Below, piece after piece: positions 8,558 through 15,830 of a stretch of 29,227 nt of DNA. The stretch is from NCBI GenBank assembly GCA_964013565.1, contig CAXGWU010000036.1:1-29227 (forward strand). The letters run 5' to 3'. Position numbers and translations under genes: made by a program. Each line of letters starts with the position of its first letter. Positions within the stretch are counted from its first letter, which is position 1. The notes under the pieces were generated by a model, which made no database searches, was not told where the DNA came from, and was given only the letters and a program-made list of their open reading frames with translations. This DNA is from an uncultured Oligoflexia bacterium. GTDB lineage: Bacteria > Bdellovibrionota > UBA1018 > UBA6935.

Positions 8558-9350
8558 TCCAAGCGGTTTGATTTCGCCCAGAAAATGTGTTTTTAATTTG
8601 AAACCACCGATCTTTAAATGAAATCACTTCAAATGTAGTGCTGTCTTTGATTCGACTAATGACAGGATAGTGAAGTCCAGGTCCAGAACGCATTTTTACA
8701 TTTGGAACTGTTGTTTTTACAAAAAAACGGTTTTCAATTTTAGGGGATATCCTTTGTTTTTTTATTTTATTTTCAGTGTTTCTTTTAGAGCTTGCTTGTG
8801 TAGATTGAATTGTTTGAATGGGAGTATTTTTTTTGACTTCAGGAGTGAGTTCTACTCGACTCATTGAAATTTGTGGTTTTTCTGATTCAACTCTAAAAAT
8901 AAGATAAGCTCCGCTGATGATGGTCAAAGCAGCAGAAATACTGAGTGATACAGTGATGATATTTTTTTGGACCCAAGTTTGAATTTGATCTGTTTTTGAT
9001 GATTGCATGATATTAATTTCTGGTAATGGTTCAGGAAAAGAAGATTCTTTAGAAACAGACTTTACTTCTTTTTGGATTTTGGGTTTATTCATCCTTTCTC
9101 TAAAAGGAGGAGGGGTAGCTTTTGAAATTGTCCTTTTAGGTTGAGCAGGCTTTATTGTCGGTTGTGTACGAATTTCATGAAATTCCATGGGTTGTTTTAA
9201 ATTTGAATTTACTTTAATTGCCGTATGATTGGATTGTTTTATACATGAAAATCCGCCACATTGAATACAGCGTGTGAAAGTCCACCCATTAGGACTTTGT
9301 TTTTTTTCTACATGCATTTCACTTGAACAGTGAGGACAAGTCACTTTCAT
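8511..9350 (-). CDS. zinc-ribbon / single-TM / SH3b-domain protein
   Basis: N-terminal CPHC...CIQC (MJ0042-type zinc ribbon), a Pro/Lys-rich linker, the TM segment IITVSLSISAALTIISGAYLIF, and a C-terminal bacterial SH3-like sequence (VNVKMRSGPGLHYPVISRIKDSTTFEVISFKDRWFQIK). AAGGAG Shine-Dalgarno before the ATG. Confidence 0.6.
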   Translation of the reverse strand: MKVTCPHCSSEMHVEKKQSPNGWTFTRCIQCGGFSCIKQSNHTAIKVNSNLKQPMEFHEIRTQPTIKPAQPKRTISKATPPPFRERMNKPKIQKEVKSVSKESSFPEPLPEINIMQSSKTDQIQTWVQKNIITVSLSISAALTIISGAYLIFRVESEKPQISMSRVELTPEVKKNTPIQTIQSTQASSKRNTENKIKKQRISPKIENRFFVKTTVPNVKMRSGPGLHYPVISRIKDSTTFEVISFKDRWFQIKNTFSGRNQTAWIRNDHLKKASVNTSR

Positions 9351-9424
9351 TTTTTACTCCTTGCCAAAGATAGAAATATTCCTATAAATAGGATCTCTTA
9401 TTGTAAAAAGATCAACAATGGGCA

Positions 9425-10261
9425 TTAATTTCCGGAAGGAGTGGAGCTGATCTCTCTTTTTGGTTTAGAGGTCGAGTCAATGTTTTGAAGGGAAGGAGAG
9501 TCCCATGGAATATTTTCTACATGAGGTTCTAATACTTTTAAAACAACTCTACGATTTGTATCTAAAGCATTGATATCCCAACTTCCATCAGGATTACGTT
9601 CTTTTTTTTGTGGTCGAGTGGATCCATATCCAATTGCAAGAAGTTGAGTGGGATCAAATCCGGTGTCAATAAAACGTCTAAGTACTTGTGATGCGCGTGC
9701 TCCAGAAAGCTCCCAGTTCGATGGATAGATCCCGCTGAGAATAGGTCGACCATCGGTATGGCCTTCAACTACAATTTTATATTTTTTTTGTTCAGCGTCT
9801 TGACGTCCGAGTAGAGCGATCGTGAGCTTTTTTAAAATGTCCATTCCCTTTGGTTTGATGTTTGCACTCAAAGTATCAAAAAAGAACGTAGAATGAAAAG
9901 TGATCGTCGTTCCATTTGGATCTGAAAAAACAACAGCATCTTTTTCAATGCCTGCTTCTTGAATCACTTGTGATACAAATTTAGCAGTTTGTTCTCCCGC
10001 GGATTCATAATCTCCACCAAAGTGTTTAGCTAATCCTTCCTTTACTTTTTCATATCTAGGTGTATCAAAATTAGCTGTACTCATCATCATAATAAAAAAT
10101 GCACAAAGGAGTGTCATCAGGTCAGCGTATGAAGTTAACCAGATGGCTTCGTCCCCGTCCTCTCCTTTTCTCAAAGACTTCACTTCAGGTTTTTGGTGAG
10201 CGAGTTCTTCTTGAGTTTGTCGTGCTTTTTTTAAAAACTTTGAAATTGACAAGTTAAGCAA
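9425..10261 (-). CDS. motB: flagellar-type stator protein MotB (OmpA-like peptidoglycan-binding C-terminus)
   Basis: The plug/TM region AIWLTSYADLMTLLCAFFIMMM retains the channel Asp. The C-terminal OmpA-like motifs VEGHTDGRP...NWELSGARASQVLRRF are present. A TTG start overlaps the motA stop by 8 nt. Confidence 0.85.
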   Translation of the reverse strand: MLNLSISKFLKKARQTQEELAHQKPEVKSLRKGEDGDEAIWLTSYADLMTLLCAFFIMMMSTANFDTPRYEKVKEGLAKHFGGDYESAGEQTAKFVSQVIQEAGIEKDAVVFSDPNGTTITFHSTFFFDTLSANIKPKGMDILKKLTIALLGRQDAEQKKYKIVVEGHTDGRPILSGIYPSNWELSGARASQVLRRFIDTGFDPTQLLAIGYGSTRPQKKERNPDGSWDINALDTNRRVVLKVLEPHVENIPWDSPSLQNIDSTSKPKREISSTPSGN

Positions 10262-11036
10262 CCCTTCTCTCTATTCTTTCTTCTGGCATAAGAAAAGAAT
10301 TTAAACTTTCTTTCATTGCAAGTGGATTCACTTGTTTTTTTAATAAAATTGCACCTTCGACCATCATTCGTCGAAGAGCAATTTCTTCTTCAGTTCTTTC
10401 AGTCAAATTTTCTGCTATAGGAAGAAAAACTAAGTTAGCAATAGAGATTCCATAAAGTGTTCCAACTAGTCCAATAGACATTGCTGGCCCGATGAGTTTC
10501 TCACTCCCAGGTTTCCCTAGTTGTTGAAGAAGAGCGATCATTCCTAATGTGGTTGCAAGTAGTCCAAATGCAGGAGGAAATTTTCCAATGCTTTTGAACA
10601 TGTTTGCTTCACTCATATACTTTTTTTCAACTGTTTTTAATCTTTCTTCTAGAACTGAACGTATTTCTTGTTCTGTAAGAACTCCTGCTGCTACAAGAGA
10701 AACTCCTTCTTTTAAAAAAGGGTGACGAATACTGGGAATTGAATCTTTCAATGCGGATAGACCCAGTGAAGCTTTTTTATTAAGGTCTAGTAAGGTTTGA
10801 ACTGATTCTTGATAATTTACTTTATTTTTTCCTAAAACTCTAAAAAAGAAAATTTTTAAGAGAGAAATAATTTTTTTTATTGGAAAACTAATACTTGCTG
10901 CTGCTAGCGTTCCTCCACAAACAATGACTATCCCGTGAAAATTTAAGAAAAACATCAAGTCCATCCCGCTCTCTGCGAGAGATGCGACCATGACTCCAAC
11001 ACCTAGTAATACACCAAAAAGAGATGAAAAATTCAT
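10254..11036 (-). CDS. motA: flagellar-type stator protein MotA/PomA
   Basis: 4-TM MotA layout with a cytoplasmic loop of about 90 aa between TM2 and TM3. The conserved prolines are present (PPAFGLLATTLG and NLVFLPIA). I place the start at the ATG at 11036 (MNFSSLFGVLLG), 1 nt after the upstream stop. The track's 11120 start would overlap the cNMP gene. Confidence 0.85.
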   Translation of the reverse strand: MNFSSLFGVLLGVGVMVASLAESGMDLMFFLNFHGIVIVCGGTLAAASISFPIKKIISLLKIFFFRVLGKNKVNYQESVQTLLDLNKKASLGLSALKDSIPSIRHPFLKEGVSLVAAGVLTEQEIRSVLEERLKTVEKKYMSEANMFKSIGKFPPAFGLLATTLGMIALLQQLGKPGSEKLIGPAMSIGLVGTLYGISIANLVFLPIAENLTERTEEEIALRRMMVEGAILLKKQVNPLAMKESLNSFLMPEERIERRVA

Positions 11037-11037
11037 T

Positions 11038-11556
11038 TTATGCAGCCTCCTCGGAAGAGCCTTTTGTAGAAAGAGCTGTTTTCCAAAGTTGATATTGTGT
11101 AATGACGTAACTGTCATCAAGTTCCTTAAGTCGATTCACCACATGGTGAGCACAACTCTCGTAAAATTTAAGTTTTCTTTCGGTCGACTTGTTTAAAAAA
11201 GCCTGAAATGAATATTTTGAAATATAGAATAAAAGACATTCAGTGGTTGCTCGTACTGTTGCAGATCGAGGTCCGTCATCAATAAGTGAGAATTCCCCAA
11301 AAAAACCACCTCGATCAATTTGACCAACGTCGTAGGTATTTCCTGAGACTCGATTTGATTTGAATACGCCTACAGAACCATCCATGACAAGATACATTCC
11401 CCAACTCATTTCACCTTCGATTACAATGTTAGATAGAGCTTCGTACTGAATGAGTTTTCCTATTCCTAAAATTTCTTGGATTTCAGTTTCTGAAAAAATT
11501 TGCAAAAGACTGACTTCCTTAAGAGATTCAACTGACGGTTGTTTTTTGTTTACCAT
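11038..11556 (-). CDS. stand-alone cyclic-nucleotide-binding (CAP effector) domain protein
   Basis: 172 aa with the phosphate-binding-cassette-like segment GGFFGEFSLIDDGPRSATVRA inside a beta-roll context. There is no HTH or other output domain. Its start is embedded in the upstream stop (ATGGTAA). Confidence 0.8.
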   Translation of the reverse strand: MVNKKQPSVESLKEVSLLQIFSETEIQEILGIGKLIQYEALSNIVIEGEMSWGMYLVMDGSVGVFKSNRVSGNTYDVGQIDRGGFFGEFSLIDDGPRSATVRATTECLLFYISKYSFQAFLNKSTERKLKFYESCAHHVVNRLKELDDSYVITQYQLWKTALSTKGSSEEAA

Positions 11557-13871
11557 CCTGCCACCTTTTTAAATTCTTCATTGTTATTTGGATTTTGGCC
11601 TTCTGGTGTTAGATCTGCAGCAAACATTTTTTCATTAGTTTCAATGAGATTGATACTGCCATCGTTAGCCATTACTTTTACTCTGTTAAGTATTTTTCTT
11701 GAAATATTTTGATACTCATCTCTTGATACGTTATCAAGACCTTCAATTTCTTCTTGAAGTTCAATGACAAGCTCTTGAGGTGATTTAGCAAAAATCGCGT
11801 TTCGTACATGTTCGGTTGAACCTTTTAAGAAACGAATTAACTCTTCATGTTTTAATCCAAGAACGACTTCAAGAAGGTGGTTATCTCTAAGGTATGCAAG
11901 GGTGTCTACAGAAACTAACTTACTTTTTACTGCGTGAGCACTATCCGGATTTTTTGTATTTAGCATGCTCATTACACTTTTCTGAGTCTGGATATTTGCT
12001 CTTTCAAGAAGACTTACAAGTACGTCGGATCCTGGAAGTGCTTCTGTATTTAACTTAGGATTGTCACTTCTTTTCCGTTTTAACGCTACGGCTACGTTAT
12101 AGATATAGTCTTTTGGAAGGTGATCAATTCTTGAAAGCTCAGTAAGAAGTCGCATTTTGGTATCTTCATCCATTTGAGCATAGATTGCTGTTCTTTTCAT
12201 TGGGTCAGTCTGAGTAAGAACAATAGCTTTTACTGTTATTGATTCATTTCGAATCAACTCAAGAACTTGAAGTTTGTCCATTTCTGCAAGAAAGTCAAAT
12301 AGACTGGTGGATCGATGACCTAAGATAAACATTTTTGCTGCAATGGTTCTGTTGTGGAGACTTTTTAAAAGTTCTAGCTTATCGTTATCATCCATTTCTA
12401 CAGGGTTTTTAGCGTAATACTCCATCAAGTCTGATAGATCAGTTTGTAAGCTCGGGTCACGAAGCATGTCGACTACAATTGCTTCTCCAAAAAGTTCAAT
12501 GTAGCAAGCTGTAACTTCCACTCCTTCTTCCGTTAATATTCGGGAAAAAACTTGTTTCGCTACTCTCGGTTGTTCACCAAAAATCTGAGTTAATTCTGAT
12601 TGTAGTCTTTCAATTTCGTAACGAATTGCAACGGAATTGATATTCTCTAAACGCGAAGGAGGTTTAGCAAATGACTCATTTGTTTCTGGGGATTGATTTT
12701 TTCCATCTTGAATAAATCTGTGAATATTTTCATTAGGTCCTCTTTTAGGTCGATAGGTAGCCAGAGCAATGAAAATAAGAAGAGAGAGTACTGAAACTGC
12801 AAAAATAAGTGAGTAGATTTCAAATTCTTGAATTTGAGATTGAACAATATCTCCATCTTCAACACGCTCTATTTTTTCATAGTGTACAAACTTCTCACTT
12901 TTATTTTCTTTATTTTCATTTGTTTGATTGAGTTGAGAATTTGAATTAAACTTTTTTGAGCTGGTAAATAAATCCTGTTTGTTTTTAAAAAATTCTGAAT
13001 TGGACTGAGATTTAGAATCTTTACTTGTAGAAGAAGCAAGTCCTCGTCGTCCAGATACATTTACTCCAGAAGCAATTCCGTTAGTAAGTCCTTGAGGAAA
13101 AGAAATGGATTTGTGATCTAGGTATACATTTTTTAGAAATCCTGTTTTTAATTTAGCCATTTCTAAAAGACCATACTGTTCCTCTGGAGAAAGACTAGAG
13201 TCTGTAAGAATAGTTCCTTCAATCCTATTGATTTTTACTGCAACATCACCATCTTGTACAAATTCACCAATAGAACCATATTGGGCTTCTTCGGGATTGA
13301 CGGGATCTACTTTAACGTCATAATCACCGAGAAGACAGTGCTGAGGACAGAAACGTCCAATTAAGTCAGATAGGGCACTGGTAAATTCTTTACTTATTCT
13401 TTCTTTAATTTCGGCTACTTTTCTGGATGATGCAATGGGTTGAGGAAAGTGTGCTATTTTTGTTTCAATTTCTACTGGATATGGCAAGTCCTCAAAGTGT
13501 TGATCTATTAATTCAAGGAGTTTCTTTTTTGAGTTCGGTCCAACTAAATCACCAATGAGTAAATTTACTTTGACTTCACTTACTTCAATTTCTGGATTTC
13601 CACCATTTTGAAGATTAATGTCAAATCCTGGTTCGAGTTCATCAGGAACAGCAACAGTGACCTGAGCTTGTGAAGAAAGGAGTTTACATTGATCGTCACA
13701 GTATTTTTTTAAAATAGGTTCTATTACTTTTTTTACTTCAGAAATAGACTTTCTTTTGAGTTGGTCTGCATTTAAAGATGCACTTTGAGCAACTTTTGAT
13801 GTTCCCAAAATTATGATGAATAAAAATGACCATTGAGTTATTTTAATGAAGAAATTCCTTTTTCTTTTCAT
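11550..13871 (-). CDS. bitopic membrane protein: periplasmic tandem YscJ/FliF-like ring-building modules + TM + cytoplasmic FliG-like domain
   Basis: 773 aa. Residues 1-30 are a signal peptide or N-terminal anchor. Residues 44-129 and 154-246 are two internally similar modules, each with a CxxxC pair. Residues 270-330 form an S/N/K-rich linker, and residues 352-373 are a TM helix. Residues 432-745 are colinear by eye with the FliG N/M/C domains (for example LFDFLAEMDKLQVLELIRNESITVKAIVLTQTDPMKRTAIYAQMDEDTKMRLLTELSRI). The existence of the CDS is certain; the domain calls are inference. Confidence 0.6.
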   Translation of the reverse strand: MKRKRNFFIKITQWSFLFIIILGTSKVAQSASLNADQLKRKSISEVKKVIEPILKKYCDDQCKLLSSQAQVTVAVPDELEPGFDINLQNGGNPEIEVSEVKVNLLIGDLVGPNSKKKLLELIDQHFEDLPYPVEIETKIAHFPQPIASSRKVAEIKERISKEFTSALSDLIGRFCPQHCLLGDYDVKVDPVNPEEAQYGSIGEFVQDGDVAVKINRIEGTILTDSSLSPEEQYGLLEMAKLKTGFLKNVYLDHKSISFPQGLTNGIASGVNVSGRRGLASSTSKDSKSQSNSEFFKNKQDLFTSSKKFNSNSQLNQTNENKENKSEKFVHYEKIERVEDGDIVQSQIQEFEIYSLIFAVSVLSLLIFIALATYRPKRGPNENIHRFIQDGKNQSPETNESFAKPPSRLENINSVAIRYEIERLQSELTQIFGEQPRVAKQVFSRILTEEGVEVTACYIELFGEAIVVDMLRDPSLQTDLSDLMEYYAKNPVEMDDNDKLELLKSLHNRTIAAKMFILGHRSTSLFDFLAEMDKLQVLELIRNESITVKAIVLTQTDPMKRTAIYAQMDEDTKMRLLTELSRIDHLPKDYIYNVAVALKRKRSDNPKLNTEALPGSDVLVSLLERANIQTQKSVMSMLNTKNPDSAHAVKSKLVSVDTLAYLRDNHLLEVVLGLKHEELIRFLKGSTEHVRNAIFAKSPQELVIELQEEIEGLDNVSRDEYQNISRKILNRVKVMANDGSINLIETNEKMFAADLTPEGQNPNNNEEFKKVAGW

Positions 13872-13873
13872 TT

Positions 13874-14593
13874 TTAATTACTCCCTCTTAAGGTTAATTT
13901 TTTCTTTTTTGATTGTATAAATTTTTTGAGAGACTCATTATTAGGGTCAAATTCAACAGACTGTTCCCAAGATCGCATTGCTAATTCGGAGTAGCCAAGA
14001 CGTTCTAATAGCGTTCCTCTCATTTCATAAAGTTTGGGGTCAGTTGGGTAGCTTTTAATCATTTCATCTGTTTCTAGTAATCCAACTTCATATCGTTTGT
14101 TTCTATAGAGTTGCTTGATGTAGTCGATTTGAGCTAGATAGCTCGACTGACGTTTAGGTTGAGCTTCAGGAGGTGTAACAAGGCCTAGTTCATTTTCAAT
14201 ATTACTTCTCTTCCAGTCATTCTCTGGAATGCCTTCTGGAAGTTTTTCGATGATTTCGTGATCTGCAGTAGAGGGTTTTATTTTTTTATAGTCAGGGTTA
14301 ATTTGATTTTTTTGATTGGATGCAAGAGTCCTTTGTCCTACTAGAGTAGCATCCATTGGAACTACAAATTCAGTCATTTGATTTGTTTCTCTGGGAAGTT
14401 CAACTTCAACTGACTTCTGTCCTTCTTTTGATCTCAATATGATATTTGTCTCTTTTTCACCTTCGAAGAATGAATTACCAAAAGGATTTTCGATCATTGG
14501 AATGGTTTCAGTCTTTGTAGACGCACAAGAATTTCCAATAAGAATAATGAGAAGAGAAGTGATGCCTTTATTTAGATATTTCATCGATTTCAT
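13874..14593 (-). CDS. TPR-repeat putative lipoprotein
   Basis: 239 aa. The signal peptide ends IGNSC (Cys23), which is lipobox-like but non-canonical. C-terminal TPR repeats are visible (YRNKRYEVGLLETDEMIKSYPTDPKLYEMRGTLLERLGYSELAMRSWEQSVEFDPNN). Confidence 0.65.
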   Translation of the reverse strand: MKSMKYLNKGITSLLIILIGNSCASTKTETIPMIENPFGNSFFEGEKETNIILRSKEGQKSVEVELPRETNQMTEFVVPMDATLVGQRTLASNQKNQINPDYKKIKPSTADHEIIEKLPEGIPENDWKRSNIENELGLVTPPEAQPKRQSSYLAQIDYIKQLYRNKRYEVGLLETDEMIKSYPTDPKLYEMRGTLLERLGYSELAMRSWEQSVEFDPNNESLKKFIQSKKKKLTLRGSN

Positions 14594-14595
14594 CC

Positions 14596-15798
14596 TTAAA
14601 ATAGTGCGCTTACGCCCACGCCTCCTTCAATTCCAGTGAGGGTTCCTACAGCAGTTCCATCTAAAAATGCAGTTGCTGGTGGTCGGTACCCAATATTTGC
14701 ATTGACTCCCCAGTGTTTTCCAAGTCTCCATTCATATCCACCGCGAATCAATCCACCTAAAAACCCTGATGTGTAAGTTCCACCAATTCCAACAAATATA
14801 CTTCCTCGAATTTTGTTATAGTTTTCTAAATTTCCGATGAGATTCCAGGCGTGCATAAAAAGAAGAGAAAGATTAAATCCGTTCCACACATCAACAGTGG
14901 ATGTATCTGTAGAAGTGCTAAAGAAAGAGCTTGCACTTCTAAAGTAGTCTAATTCAAATCCAACTTCTTTTTTTCGATTATCGTAGCGTTCCATCATGCG
15001 GAAACCAAGACCAATAGTTCCGTTGTATTCGTTTAAATTTCTTTCAAACATATAATAGAGGATCACTCGGTACTGTAAAGTGGGTTCATAATCCGCTTGA
15101 TGTCTTGCTTGATCAACTTGTGAGTAATCAACTCCACGTCTAAAAGCAGCTGCACGAGAAGTTTCTGAATTATATGTTCTAGACCATATAATTGTTTGGT
15201 TTTCTGCATCAGTGATATAGAGAGAGAGTAAGAGTCCTGTGGGCAAATAGGCAAACGCAATATCTAAAAAATGTTTCACAGAGTGTTTTTTTGCAAGTCG
15301 AGCGAGTTGCTCAGGGTGACTTTCTGGAGACGAAATAACAACGTTATTTCCACTCAGACGAGCTGTTCTTGATCGACATGGAATACATTGAATCATTCTG
15401 GTTTGTGAGTTTTTTAGAATTCGCTCAGTTGTGAGTAACTCTAAATGACTCTTAAAGGATTCTGGAACATTTTCACTGGTGACGACATTTCGAACGGATA
15501 GATCAGTTAAGCCCCTTACATCGCCACTTTTGACATCATACTCAAAATCAGAAAGTACATCTTCAAGGACCTGGTAAAAACTTCTTTTCTTTTCGTCATC
15601 TTGTTCTTCGTTAGAAGAAATGAGCTTAGACTTCGTAGTTGGATCAGGAGTGATTTCTTTGTTCTCTGGTGATTCTTCTGCAAAAGTAGAGGTACTTGTT
15701 GTGAACAAGACGAGGAGAATTATCTTTCCCAAAAACTGAAAGGGGAGAGTCACTCGCTTTTTAATGAGTTTATCTGTTTTGTGGGTTTTTATATTCAT
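14596..15798 (-). CDS. putative outer-membrane protein (N-terminal soluble domain + C-terminal beta-barrel-like region)
   Basis: The signal peptide LGKIILLVLFTTSTSTFA-EE follows the ATG at 15798. The C-terminal 170 aa or so are Gly/aromatic-rich with alternating hydrophobicity and end in ...GVGVSALF, the terminal Phe signature of OM proteins. The start is uncertain: the track start at 15843 would give a 35-aa n-region. Confidence 0.5.
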   Translation of the reverse strand: MNIKTHKTDKLIKKRVTLPFQFLGKIILLVLFTTSTSTFAEESPENKEITPDPTTKSKLISSNEEQDDEKKRSFYQVLEDVLSDFEYDVKSGDVRGLTDLSVRNVVTSENVPESFKSHLELLTTERILKNSQTRMIQCIPCRSRTARLSGNNVVISSPESHPEQLARLAKKHSVKHFLDIAFAYLPTGLLLSLYITDAENQTIIWSRTYNSETSRAAAFRRGVDYSQVDQARHQADYEPTLQYRVILYYMFERNLNEYNGTIGLGFRMMERYDNRKKEVGFELDYFRSASSFFSTSTDTSTVDVWNGFNLSLLFMHAWNLIGNLENYNKIRGSIFVGIGGTYTSGFLGGLIRGGYEWRLGKHWGVNANIGYRPPATAFLDGTAVGTLTGIEGGVGVSALF

Positions 15799-15830
15799 AG
15801 TGGTATAAACGATTCCTTCCTCTAGATGAC

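Noticed and set aside
9425-11036. MotAB pair as a Zorya-type (ZorAB) anti-phage defence stator.
   Set aside because: MotA here is of classical length (about 260 aa) with no long C-terminal tail. No ZorC/D/E-like helicase or nuclease genes are adjacent. The neighbours and promoter look flagellar.
11037-11120. N-terminal 28-aa extension of MotA (track start at 11120).
   Set aside because: It would overlap the 3' end of the cNMP-binding gene by 83 nt. The ATG at 11036 gives the typical MotA N-terminus (MNFSSLFGVLLG) directly after the upstream stop.
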